Source of the DNA: Phoronis australis
Taxonomy: Eukaryota; Animalia; Phoronida
Assembly (NCBI GenBank): GCA_002633005.1
Contig: NMRA01000073.1
Coordinates: forward strand, 981,310-1,013,876
Direction: 5' to 3'
Length of the DNA stretch: 32,567 nucleotides
The notes under the pieces were generated by a model. The model saw only the letters and a list, made by a program, of their open reading frames with translations, made no database searches and had not been told where the DNA came from. Each line of letters begins with the position of its first letter. Within the stretch, counting starts at the first letter, position 1. A program made the position numbers and the translations under genes. This document shows positions 12,605 to 24,262 of this stretch, piece by piece.

Positions 12605-12688
12605 TATGGGCGGCGCAGCACTGAAAAAAGTGGGGCTGTAGCCTGNCCCCCCCCCCCCCCCCCAGCCCTCTATGGTGCGCCGCCCATG
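12605..12688. mobile_element. Short MITE with CATGGGCGGCGC termini, spanning a single-N join
   Basis: Inverted ends tatgggcggcgcagca ... tggtgcgccgcccatg. N at 12646 precedes a poly-C run. No target duplication seen. Confidence 0.65.
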
Positions 12689-13467
12689 ACATGGCGGCAA
12701 GGCAAGATTTGGCTGGAAATTCGGGTACACCTCAGACTTCTCAGGTTGACAAAAATGGTCTGGTCGTCACCCATTGTCTACCCTTTGGAGTGCGTTGTCT
12801 GCATGCGAGTCGTGAATGATTTTCAATTGCAAACTGCCGACTTTTTATATTTATGCTCGTCTTTGGTACACATGTTGAGATATGTCAGCCGAAAGGTACC
12901 ACTAAAATATAAACATTTCGTATCTTTTAGCTGTGTTTGTGTCTCCTGATTTTTTTTTGATTTTTTTTTAAGTGGGAGGATTTGCACGAAAACCTCATTA
13001 CATGGCGGCAGCTGAGTGAGTACCCATAATGCGTGGGTCAGATGTCAGTCACTGCGGCGGTCATTTTAGTTCGTGGTACATCACAAAAAGTCATCCTAAA
13101 AGTCACCTTAAATTCAGTTCAAAGAAAACATTTGGAGCTGTGTGGAATGAACATTTGGGCGTAAGTTTTGGCTGAACTGACTTGCGCTAAAATCCGTTTT
13201 ATAAAGTTTTTAATGAAAATGACGCTGAGAGAGCGTTTCAGCATTTAGCGCATGTATAAGTGCATTTGCTGCAATGATACCACTGCATATGCTGACCCGC
13301 ACTCCTGGTCTCTACCTTTCACACAATGAAAATTAGCCGAGGCGGGTAGTAGGGCGAGCGCGCCCTTGTCAGTTGCAATATGTTCTTAACGTACCTAGTT
13401 AGGGTCAAGTGCAGGTGTACAATTTACTTTTCAATGGTTTGTTTTTTGACAAATAAAAGCACACTGT

Positions 13468-14030
13468 CTATAATATTATCATCTTCATTTGTGTTTCGGA
13501 GACATTGCCACGCTTTATGTCGCATCCACAACTCTTGATCAGTCTCTTGTTCAATCTAGTTAATATTGTGACATTCATTTGGTAATTGTCGCATATCGCC
13601 TCTCTGATGGCATTTTTATTGAGTTCAAAGTACTCATTGAGACATGTTATATCGAAATTATTATCGCCGTCTTTTTGTCCTTCATCTATCGTACGACAGA
13701 CATTGCCAATGTGGAGACTTGCAATGTGCAACAAAAGCCCGGGTTGGGGGTTTTATTTGTCACCGGATTGACACTGTGTAGAGGTTGAATTCTTCTAGCT
13801 GTCTCTCTTGGCAGCTACAATTTAGAGTTCCCCCCGAGACAAGCCGCTGCTGGATGCCTGGTAGACCACTCAATGTAACGGCCGTTTTACTAATGCACCA
13901 GTCCTCGTCATCAAAGATGTGGCGTTTTTTTGACATGGGAAATAGTAGTTTTGCTTCGGCTAATTGTCGAGCGCCATCTATAGGCACGCTTTTTACCACA
14001 CCAACGCCATATCGTATGGAACATTATTAG
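13468..14030 (-). pseudogene. Probable Crypton-type tyrosine recombinase (DUF3504-like) relic
   Basis: Two adjacent minus-strand ORFs give, in order: GVVKS..ARQLAEAKL, KKRHIFDDED, PGIQQRLV...L....QERQ, IDEGQK, TILTRLNKRLIKSCGCDI. These are colinear with the Crypton/ZMYM-type blocks SR.VLEAK, I..ED, P.GLQ..V...L.F..RGRE, DE..KN and N.L..MMK....G. Similarity is weak and judged by eye; catalytic residues are not intact. Confidence 0.45.
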
Positions 14031-14269
14031 CCTGATGTAACGTGCCCGTATTTTGAGAACCAGTTGATGCCCGTTACTCAGTGGAGAAAACTGGTTCTCT
14101 TGTGTGTTTTTACATGCTTAATTTACATGCATTTATTTATTTTAAACTGCAAATAAATTTCGCATTCTAGGAGTTGAGCATTTTTCGCAGGAGTTCGTGA
14201 AAACGACTTTTTTCACATTCGACATATTTTTCCATCTAGCATATCTGTAGCAGAACGTAATGCAGTACA

Positions 14270-14360
14270 ATACGTACGCGAAACGTACCACGAGAGACGT
14301 AGTTGAAATAATATCTCACGAGACGTTATTCCGCGCGGAATAATGTTGAGTGGGATAGTA
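14270..14360. repeat. Dispersed repeat family F, related to the reverse complement of 24180-24262; Crypton-end-like
   Basis: aacgtaccacgagagacgtagttgaaataatatctcacgagacgttat versus reverse-complement aacgtacggcgagtggcgtacatgaagtaatatcccacgagacattat. Confidence 0.6.
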
Positions 14361-16359
14361 TGCAGACTTCGTTAACGCCAATCTAGGTACACTTCGAATT
14401 CTTAAGTTTATTTAATTTTTTGGCAGTGGAGGAGCACATCTTATATGTATGTACCGGTACTTGCGCCTTATGTTACAAGTTTTTTCTCATAAAATAAACA
14501 GTTTTAAATGTAACGATTTATTACTTGAGATAACAATGATAAAACGGCAGTTGTGCGTTGAACTTGTATTATTTCCTTAAAATAATTGAATAACAACAAC
14601 ATTGTAGTAACTGAGGAATTTGGCGCCTGGGTTGCAGCCGATATAATATTTAGCAAACAAAACTGAGACAGAAGTGTCATATAATTAACAGTTTTGTTCC
14701 AGATGTTATGTTTGGAACATCTGATAGCATGTTCAGTGTTACTTATTCTCCTGCAATTTTATTACTTTAAACTATTTTGGGAAAGTTTGATGATCAAACC
14801 GGCTAACGACGTCGAGTCCAAATTGACCTAACTTTTGAATTTTCCATTTCAGAGGACACAAATCATAACAGCTAAAATGTAGACTCTAGAAAAAACAAAC
14901 GAAAATCACTGTTTTGGGAAGCTTTCATCCTTTTGTTTCAGCGTTTCATTTATTTTTTTGTGTTTAGTCCTTCACGGCTTCTAAACAAAGAAAACAACTT
15001 TTTCGTTTCTGCAGTGATGTTTAATAGCCGCGTGCTTGAAGCACATACATGTACAATAAACACATATCTGGCCGATGTAACAGGTGTGTTATTCATACTG
15101 TATGAATACAGGACACTATCGTAAACAAAAGTCATAAACAGTAGAAAAATGCACTCCGAAAAGACGCAACCACAATTTCTGGGATTCACATTTCCTGAAC
15201 ATAAATTTTAAGCACCGATTTGTCTGTACAATAGACCCCATTTACACTTCCGCCATCAGTCATGCCAGTTTGTTTGCTTAAAGCGCTGCCTGTTGAGAAT
15301 TCTCCTGCCAATCAGAAACGCCGGTGTAAAAAAATTCCCGAGGAAAATTAAGTGATACCTGCGTGCTGGCTACCACCTATCGGCACGCAGGAAACCAGCG
15401 AGGCTCCAATGGTCGTCCGGGTACAGCGCAGCCACGCGGGACTTAGCCTCTCGGGAGAAACACGCATGGAAGAACTGAGACGAAAATCGGTGCATTTACC
15501 GACTGGTTCTTGAAACCACTTAAAAACTTGTACATTTTACTAATGCCCTTTTTGTTCATTTCAGAAGATATTTTCGAAATTAAGTTTTCTTCAGACGGAA
15601 GAAAAAACAACCCAGAGATTGTTTAAGCAATGTATCTATTTGTCCCAGGCACTAACCGACACCTGTGAGGCCAAAGGAAAAACGCAGCAGACAAATGCAA
15701 CACGCTGGGTGTTTCACAGTTTCGGCTCACGCATATGGTCATCAAAATATTGTCCATTTGTTTTTTATTGCAAAACACAGTACGGAGCTCAACATTTATG
15801 TTGAAATTTTTGGTTCAGGCATTTTGGATTTATTTGAACAAAATTAAAAAACTTGAATTGATAGAGAGTGGCCACCAATAAAGTAAAGCATTGACTTTAT
15901 TTCACTATATTGCATTGTTACATACAACACAGCATGACATAATTAAAAATAAAAGAAGAGATTGAGCAATAAAATGCAAATGCAACTTGGGTATTTATTT
16001 ATTTATTTATGATTGCAGAAGCCTGTTAAAGGTGAAAAAATAAAACAATTTGATATTGGGTAATTTATTAGAACAACTGCATTGAGGTTCAATGATCAAC
16101 TTCTGCCGACCAAGTCTCAAAGCGTCACAGTTCTGTTTTGGCTGACAAGGAGTTAACAGAGAATGAAGAAAAACTGAAAAGAAAAAGAAAGACAGAAGAG
16201 ATAACTGATGTTAAGTACAACAAGTGCAAACAAAGTGGTCACAAACTTAAAACAAGTAAGGTCTATCTGGAATAAAACAATCGTGATTTATTTTCCATAA
16301 CTGAAATTCTGAACCAATTTTAATCGATTTAGAAATCGATGTTATACCAGTAACACAGT

Positions 16360-16590
16360 TTGCGGTTGAACTAGAATTGTTGTAAACCACTTTTCACTAT
16401 TTTCTTGGCCTTTTTCTGCGTGGTTTTCTGTTCTTTCAAAAGGCAGGAGCATATGACGACCATAGCAGTCATTATAAAATGGCTGCCGAAATGCAATGCA
16501 CAGTTGAAACAACTCGGCATAAATAAAAGAATTAAAATTTTGAATCAACAAATACTATATATTTGTGAGAGTTTAATCAAATCCTATTCA
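16360..16590 (-). mobile_element. Possible very old LINE ORF2 fragment
   Basis: Frames give IKLSQIYSI / AFRQPFYNDC / QKKAKKIV, in the order of the L2/CR1 blocks K.S...GIL, A.V.P...YC and QK.A.RII. Weak. Confidence 0.25.
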
Positions 16591-16647
16591 GAGCATGACT
16601 TTGAAGTAAAATAATTGGGTGAGTACGACAACAAGCCGGTTTTATGC

Positions 16648-17137
16648 TTAGGCGAACGACCATTGGGTTCCCGGGTGTATATAAGCGTGACAGTTCGACA
16701 GGATGGTGCCGACGACATAATATTTTACCACAGGCTGAAGGAGATTTTTAAGTTCTTGAAATTGAGAAAGGCGAAGTACTTCAAAATTTTCCCAAATCCC
16801 CACTCCACGCACTTCCGAACGAATGACATTCTGTGATTGAATTGCAGCTGATCGTCGTCCTGTTGGGATCCTTTGAATGGAGGAGACTCTCGTCGCATAT
16901 GCAGGATCACCACCAAGAGCAATTGCGTGCCCCGGCACTTTGATGTCGTTGGAGATAACGAGCTGTCCCAACAGCAAGCTTTCAGTTAGAAGAGCGCAAT
17001 CATGACGTCTGCCCTCAAATCAGTAGTGGACCATAAAGGTTAGTTATCAAGCCCTGTGGTACAACTACAAACTGAAACTTGATGGCATGCACCCGCTTAT
17101 GTACATTGAAACATACGCCTTGATGATGCAAAGGACT
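16648..17137 (-). pseudogene. PIF/Harbinger (HARBI1-like, DDE_Tnp_4) transposase remnant, frameshifted
   Basis: Minus-strand frames join as PLHHQGVCFNVHKRVHAIKFQFVVVPQGLITNLYGP / FEGRRHDCALLTES..GGDPAY / DQLQFNHRMSFVRKCVEWGFGKILKYFAFLNFK / LQPVVKYYVVGTILSNCHAYIH. This matches the Harbinger motifs HKR.HA.KFQ, GRRHD, GDPAY and R..VEWGFG. At least 3 frameshifts. Confidence 0.9.
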
Positions 17138-18036
17138 CAAGTAAGGTATAGTCATCAAACTTTAAACAGCACAAGGTTTGCTGATTAACACTCCATGGTT
17201 CAATAAAATGACCACTGTTTTACAGGTTAGTGCAAAAAGTGTAGCCAACCTAAAAGAATGTGTCTGCTTTATGTTTGGTCAGTGTACCTAAATTTTGCAA
17301 ACTGAGGCACGGTAGCCGGTAGTAGTTACTAAGTAAAATTAAAATAAAATAAAATAAAAAATTCTCGGTTGCTACTTTTTTCTGGTAATTTTTTTGCCCT
17401 GATCGAACTGCCAAATAGTTGTATTTTCATTTGGACACCCGTTATATACACTACTAAAGAATAACGCCCCCTCAGGTTTTTTCATTTCAGAATATTTAGT
17501 GTCATTTTTTGCACGTTTTGTTGTACATTAGGTGAAAGACCAACTCAAGGTGCACAAAATGACTTCTCTTTTAATGTAAACCATGAATATTTAGTTAATT
17601 TAAATTCGAACTGACATAACGCAGATCAAAACCGAAAGTCACTAAATCTGCTTCATTTATTTGCACCTTGCGGCGTGCAGGGTTCATTTTGGAGCGCACC
17701 ACGAGCACTGAGCACCTTCAGATTTCAAATGACGCATTGAAATGTTGTCCTGTGGGTCATTTGGTGTTTTCCCTTTCATGAGTTGGAAAAAAGGAAAACT
17801 TATGGCCCCCAATTTTATAAAAACGACGATTTTGAGACAGATATCTCATAGGTAGTAGAAGCAAATTTAAAAAGTTCGTGATGTTTCACCTTTTCTTGGG
17901 AATGTAAAGTGTAAATTTAAGGTGTTTTGTTTGTAAAACGTGACTTTCTTGTATGATTTAATTTATGCTCTATTTCGGTGCTGCTGTTCATATTATTATT
18001 GTAATGAGGAGTTAATATTATTTTTTTCATTCACAG

Positions 18037-18464
18037 CCAGCAATGTCGCTCCTAAACAGCGATGTGCAGTCTCAACAGACACACACTTGGTGTGCGTTCA
18101 GTAACGCTAGGACCTACGCGAAGACCTAGCTAAAATCTAGACAAAGTCACGTGTTCCCATTTGAAATACACGGCAATATTTCACGTAATCTCGCGAAGTC
18201 TTGCTTTTTAGCGAGGTCCTAGCGTCACTGAACGGGAGGCTGTATATTAACTTTGTCAAAGAAAAACATGATGCAGAGCTGAAAATACTAGAGCAAGAGA
18301 TAACACTGGAAGAGGAAAAGACACGTGGTAGAGTGGCTTCTGTGCCAGTCATACATGAAAAGGTGCCTGGTCATACTTGCACAATGAAACATCTTTCCAC
18401 GAAGCAGTCTGAAATTTATAGTCCCACAAAAATTGATGATGTCAAGGAATTTCATCGTATATAA
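18037..18464 (+). pseudogene. MITE-interrupted terminal exon encoding a coiled-coil peptide, possibly the Harbinger Myb/SANT partner gene
   Basis: Strong acceptor ttttttcattcacAG ends at 18036. Removing the MITE (18090-18239) plus one target copy restores one open frame: SNVAPKQRCAVSTDTHLYINFVKEKHDAELKILEQEITLEEEKTRG...DDVKEFHRI*. Confidence 0.45.
18090..18239. mobile_element. MITE family E (Harbinger-like)
   Basis: 21-bp inverted repeat cgttcagtaacgctaggacct (18095-18115) / aggtcctagcgtcactgaacg (18214-18234), one mismatch. Flanks ttg/ctg suggest a 3-bp target duplication. Confidence 0.8.
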
Positions 18465-18807
18465 ATTAAATTAATTACTGTATAATTAACATTAAACATT
18501 CCTGACAAGAATCGGTTGGCGGCCAACAGAGACAACTTCCGAATGGATACTACAAAACAATCAAACATATGGTTTAAGTCAGCTCCTGAGCTTAAAACAT
18601 TCTGAGTATTTCACAAAGACATTTTTTTTCAGTTGTTGAATTGTCTATCGTATGTAAGCAATTTTTTAAGGTGATACATGTTTATTGAAGAATACACAGA
18701 ACATACACGGAAATAATGACAAACCCAGAAATCGCGAAGCATTATATCTGGGTTGTAGACAGTTCGTAGATGGAAGTAGTATACATAGAACTATATACAT
18801 GTATATA

Positions 18808-19315
18808 CTAATATATGTATTAAGATACGCTATTACGAACATATTAAAAACAAATTATGCAGATATGGAAATCAGAAGCAATAAGATTTATAAGCGATAC
18901 AAAAAAATTGCAAACATTGCTTCCGAAGAATTCATTGAGAAAAAAGATCAAAGTTTAGACTACCATTTAATAATGTAAGTTTAATAGGGATATTATTACA
19001 AGAATTGAAAGCATTTACAATTAATTGCTTTTCATTGAGTGCACGAAAGAGTGAGTTTCTTGGGTATTCGAGGTGGAGACATTGAAGAAAGCATGAGTAT
19101 AAGATTGGTGGTCACCACATTTACAGTTTGGAGAGACATTACTAAACTTGTACCTAAACTTGTCGGAGTTGAGGAAAAGACCGCATCTCGTTCGGTACAA
19201 TGTTATTACATTTTCACTGGGAAGCAAAAATTGTGTCAGGGCTATTGAGTAGTCAAAATTATGAAAACAGTTCTAAAATTATCTTTTATACTCGTAAAAG
19301 GGTGGCTTTCCTTAA
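18808..19315 (+). repeat. 508-bp near-identical direct duplicate of 19721-20228, probably an uncollapsed haplotype
   Basis: Offset 913; identical ORFs appear twice in the track. One substitution seen (19304 g vs 20217 t). The first copy ends exactly at the single N at 19316. Confidence 0.9.
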
Positions 19316-19316
19316 N

Positions 19317-19707
19317 TACATAGAACTATATATATGTACATACTATACATGTATATACTATATACATGACAGTTCGTAGATGGAAGTAGTATACATAGAA
19401 CTATATATATGTACATACTATACATGTATATACTATATACATGACAGTTCGTAGATGGAAGTAGTATACATAGAACTGTATACATGTATATACTATAATG
19501 TATATACTATATACATGGCAGTTCGTAGATGGAAGTAGTATACATAGAACTATATACATGTATATACTATACATGTATATACTATATACATGGCAGTTCG
19601 TAGATGGAAGTAGTATACATAGAACTATATACATGTATATACTATACATGTATATACTATATACATGACAGTTCGTAGATGGAAGTAGTATACATAGAAC
19701 TATATAC
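19317..19707. repeat. 75-bp minisatellite (about 5 copies) inside the LINE 3' UTR
   Basis: The core agttcgtagatggaagtagtatacatagaac starts at 19371, 19446, 19520, 19595 and 19670 (period 74-75). A single partial unit lies at 18761. Confidence 0.95.
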
Positions 19708-22427
19708 TTGTAAGTAGTGTCTAATATATGTATTAAGATACGCTATTACGAACATATTAAAAACAAATTATGCAGATATGGAAATCAGAAGCAATAAGAT
19801 TTATAAGCGATACAAAAAAATTGCAAACATTGCTTCCGAAGAATTCATTGAGAAAAAAGATCAAAGTTTAGACTACCATTTAATAATGTAAGTTTAATAG
19901 GGATATTATTACAAGAATTGAAAGCATTTACAATTAATTGCTTTTCATTGAGTGCACGAAAGAGTGAGTTTCTTGGGTATTCGAGGTGGAGACATTGAAG
20001 AAAGCATGAGTATAAGATTGGTGGTCACCACATTTACAGTTTGGAGAGACATTACTAAACTTGTACCTAAACTTGTCGGAGTTGAGGAAAAGACCGCATC
20101 TCGTTCGGTACAATGTTATTACATTTTCACTGGGAAGCAAAAATTGTGTCAGGGCTATTGAGTAGTCAAAATTATGAAAACAGTTCTAAAATTATCTTTT
20201 ATACTCGTAAAAGGGTTGCTTTCCTTAACACAGCCTGGAAGAGAATTCCAGTTGTTGATGCACATCATAACTGTAGACCTTTAGAATGCCTGACTGGACG
20301 ACAGAGGAATTACATATGGGGCGGATGATCTCAAACCAGTACGACGGCCTTGTCTTGTATATTGATCAAATAAGATTTGACAGAAGCTTTGTTGACATTG
20401 TTTATTACTTTGAAAGTAAATGTTGCCATGTCAGTGAAGATTGCGTCAAGTAGACATTTTAGGCCACTTGAGACTAAACAAACTCTTAAAGGAGAATGCC
20501 ACCCAAAAAACAACCTATTTTGTATCAATTTAGATCGAGTAGTTCCACTCGATAACAGCATGCTCAGTTGTTTTACCTGACACCTAACGGCAGACGGAGG
20601 TGTTGAAATTAACCAATGACGTAATCGGTTCGAACACAGCTTGTTCAGCCGTTCACACGCTTACTGGTGTCAACTTATCACTTGAATTCATCGATTTACA
20701 CCAATAAATCATCAAAATTTGATGCAAAACCCTTACAAATACATCTCGTTATTAAAAAAGCGTGTTTTTTTATTTCACTGTTACGGATTTATAGGTATTT
20801 GAACGTACCATAGCCTACAGAGTTTAAGTCGGTAGGCCAATTCGATCGCGGGAGTTTGGGTCTGTTTGATGATAAATTCGAATCATTCTTCCTTGAAATA
20901 CAGACGGGGGAACATAGCTGTGTGTTGTACTTTTGGACTTTAGATTTTTTCAGTTCTAAATGCACAAAACGCCCCTTGTTACTCCCCGCCAGCGGCTCGG
21001 AACCCGATCAGGCCTGTCGCGGCCGGCATCACGAACATAAACCAGCTTAAGCTGGAAACTAAACCTCCAGTCACGAAAAGACTGTAATAGTGAGCCAAAA
21101 AAATAATGTGCACGTAATTACTTAGGTGAATTACCCAAGAAACTGAAAATCTTCTTACTTGTCGGAGGCCGCGAAGTCAGGTTCCCCTTCCACAGAACCG
21201 TCAGGGCAACGGTTGTACAGTAACAATGATTTGAATAATGTATTTGTATATCTAAATAAAGATTCCCCTAACATGTGATCATGGCATATAAAATCGAATT
21301 ATTGTTTCACAACAGCTTTCCGTCAGCAACATATCCATGAAAACCTCGCGGTTCGCTCGAGTTTCCCTCACTGGGCGCTATTTTGAAGAAGTTACGTGAA
21401 ATCACGACTGTTGAACAAAAAGTCCAAGGGACACAAATCTTACAATTTCCCACGCCTATTGTGAAAGTGTCACGCGCCAGTTCACGCGCTTCGCTCAGTC
21501 TTGCGCTAGCCTTTGCCTCATACTCACCTGACTCAGTTGAAATAATTTGCGATTATCGCTCGCGCGGTCAAAGTTAACAGTAACCAAAAGGTGTAGTTGG
21601 AATTCTTCGCCAAAATCACATGAATTCCCGTAGCTATGCTTCATCGAAGATATGTTTAGAAGCAGAAAGGGTCACTGACGTAATTAAGCGCCTGTTTAGG
21701 TGATAATTTTAGGTGTAGAATGTATTTTTGACGAGGCCAGAAAAGTTAATCAGTGAGCGTATTTCGCCTACCGCCCGTTTAAAATACACGGAACGAAATT
21801 AGTACAGAACGCGATGGAACGTATTGTAGTGCGAATCTGAACTTAATTTGCCATAACAGTAATGCTTGTTTGGCATTTTTCACACTAAAAGATTAAAAAC
21901 TCGAAGTAAACAACAGAATACGCTCTGCTACCGTATCGAGCAAATGGCCAAACGACGACAAGCTTTCGCCCCACTTCCGGTGACGTCACAGTTAAGTCTC
22001 ACATAATCTCACGTTATTGTTATAAACTCGCAAAAGGACTATTAGCATGCGCTCACACGGTCCCGGTGCCCGGTCAATTGCCTTTATTGTATCTAAAGCC
22101 GGTAACGCAGTGGTTTATTCATTGCAGGCTTCTCAAAACATTTGCACTCACGAATACTTCAAAGGCATTACAAATTGTATCTAATAAGACAGGCTTTGTT
22201 TCAGTTTTATATTAGCATTGGTTATATAAGGTGAGAATAATTCATTTTGAAACAGAACGCAGAGTAATAAACGTCAACATGGACACTCGCAATCCCGACT
22301 GAGTCGAGAGCTCATCCGACGAAGACTTCACGGGTCGGATCGTTAGGTTTCACAGGCTAGTATCAGTTGGAACTGGAATACACTGATCAAGAAATACTGA
22401 GGCGCCGTACAGTGAACATGCACAGGC

Positions 22428-22697
22428 AACGGAACGTATGGATACTTATTTGATAAGCCGGAATTCGTCAGAGAAATCACTGTCGACGAAATCCCGGCCA
22501 CCAGTAACGGAGATGTTTCACCGGCCTCATATTTGCTATAACAGCGTACTTTTCATTCTTCACTACCGCGAGCCACTTCCTAAGCATTTCGGGCTCTCGA
22601 GGAAGTCGAAAAAACGATATACCCGCTTTCTTCGCAGCTTCATAGTTCGTCTTTAGTAACGCTCCTGCAAAGGCCACAGGCACGCATCAGGCGGAAT
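22428..22697 (-). pseudogene. Degenerate THAP (C2CH) DNA-binding domain, probably transposon-derived
   Basis: Frames read PPDAC.. / KTNYEAAKKAGISFFRLPREPEMLRKWLAVVKNE...NMR..KH / VTGGRD... / YPYVP. This fits the THAP pattern MP..C..C, S(F)F.(F/L)P, W, HF and AVPT-like end. Several frameshifts; some zinc ligands are lost. Confidence 0.65.
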
Positions 22698-23456
22698 TTT
22701 TTTCAGCTTGTTGCAACCTCGTTTTGGGCTTTCCTACAATTTCCGAAGTTCTAGGACCTTTGACCTCTCACTTGGCATCCCTCTAAGTTCCAAAAATCTC
22801 TGGTATGAGCAGACTTCCTTTCAACGCGGTTTTAGGGAGACAATAGGTGTAGGTGTTCATTCATAAATGCCAATTTAGCACCGGCGACGATATATTGTCG
22901 CCCGCGCATCAACGTGTGCCATTGATGTTAGATGCACCACAGATGTGTCGAATGCGACATTACGTCTCGCATGAAGTTAAGCGGTCCATGAACGTTTGCT
23001 GTTTGGAGCATGCGCTTAGTGCACCCTCGAACAGCCAGACTTTCAGTCATTTTAGTTTTGACTAGTGTGACGATCGCTCTGAGTCTGAATTCTAAATTAA
23101 GCAAAACTAGGTCATTGGCCTGAGTGAACAAATATCTAGCGTCAATCTGGTTGTTTGATAACAAGCGTACTTTGATTTTGCGGCAGGCTCGAGGGTCATT
23201 AGCACGAGACAGTTTGTTCTTGCTTAGACGTCAGTAAAGCGATTCACAGAAACGGCACGAGAATGTCTTCACAGAAGCGGTAAGACGTGCAGCCCGATCT
23301 TGGGCACACTATTTGGTTCATGGTCAAAAAAGTTTCGGTCTTTACATTTGTGGAAATCTTTCTGGTGGCATATATTGTGTAGTGTAAAATCTACACCTGG
23401 ACATAGTTGATAATTAAGTGATGAGAACATCACGACTTACGTTTTTATTCTTGAGG

Positions 23457-23555
23457 CCCTATATTTCGAAGGACGGCTCCGAAAAATAAGGAGTTGGGCC
23501 AATGACTCTAAAGGACCTTTACTCCGAAGGGTCGTTACTCCGAAAGACCCTTATT
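23457..23555. repeat. Short degenerate actccgaagg repeat cluster
   Basis: ttcgaagg, ctccgaaa, actctaaagg, actccgaagg and actccgaaag within 100 bp. Confidence 0.5.
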
Positions 23556-24038
23556 TTGTGCAGTTATTTCACGCACGAGTTGGTACCTTTTGCCCTGCTG
23601 CCAACATTTCATGTGATTTGACGGCCAAAAAGACTATTTCTAGAGTGGGGCGTCTTGATTTTGCAATTAATCTCGAAAGAGACCAGTAATTTTATAGCCT
23701 TTGAAAGCGGGACTGTCCTACAAAATGTGGAGACAGTTATCAATTATGTTTTTGACTACTTCACAGTAATTGGATGAATAGAAATATGAAAAAACGCTAA
23801 ATGCATTCTCGTGCTTGTGCAACATTTCAAGGAAAATTGCTTTGTTCAATCACTAGATGGTGCCGTTGAGTACACGTAACAATGCATTACGCACGTACTG
23901 ACGCCTAGCGGTTCCTGCCTGCCGTACGGCGCCCATGTTCATGTCGTGGACTACCTGCCGTGCGTTCATTAGGCCAAGTTTCGAGCGAAAAAACGAGACC
24001 ACGTAAGACTTCATCAAAAAATTACCAACGATAATAGT

Positions 24039-24125
24039 TACCGTAAACGTTCGGGTTAACGCCCATGCTCATTTAACCGCCCATCCCCTACTTCAGGTGG
24101 ATTTTTGATTTAGCGCCCACTGCTC
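24039..24125 (+). mobile_element. Possible Tc1/mariner-pogo MITE end fragment
   Basis: TA|CCGTAAA start followed by three cgccca motifs. No matching opposite end found. Confidence 0.35.
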
Positions 24126-24179
24126 GGTTAAATAACAACAATATTTGATATTGTAGTTCATTACAGAGTTTACCCGTTG

Positions 24180-24262
24180 ATCCCAACTTGTTCTATTCTA
24201 TAGCCCAACAACATAATGTCTCGTGGGATATTACTTCATGTACGCCACTCGCCGTACGTTTT
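24180..24262. repeat. Dispersed repeat family F, second copy (inverted)
   Basis: ataatgtctcgtgggatattacttcatgtacgccactcgccgtacgtt aligns in reverse orientation with about 14282-14330. Confidence 0.6.

Larger units (their letters stand above)
18665..20580 (-). mobile_element. 5'-truncated, degenerate CR1/L2-group non-LTR retrotransposon (ORF2 C-terminus plus 3' UTR), partly present twice
   Basis: Minus-strand peptides: GTTRSKL...GWHS; GLRSSAPYVIP..F*RSTVMMCINNWNSLPGCVKES; LYRTRCGLFLNSDKFRYKF...SPNCKCGDHQSYTHAFF (C-terminal Cys/His motif); LLNGSL. The 3' UTR has a stem-loop (aacccaga/tctgggtt, 18721-18753) and a minus-strand AATAAA at 18681-18686. Confidence 0.8.

Noticed and set aside
15358-15391. 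11-bp GC hairpin as a Helitron 3' end or terminator
   Set aside because: No CTRR terminus or U-tract follows it.
19317-19707. Regularly spaced repeats resembling a CRISPR array
   Set aside because: The intervening sequences are near-identical rather than unique spacers, there are no cas genes, and the context is eukaryotic.
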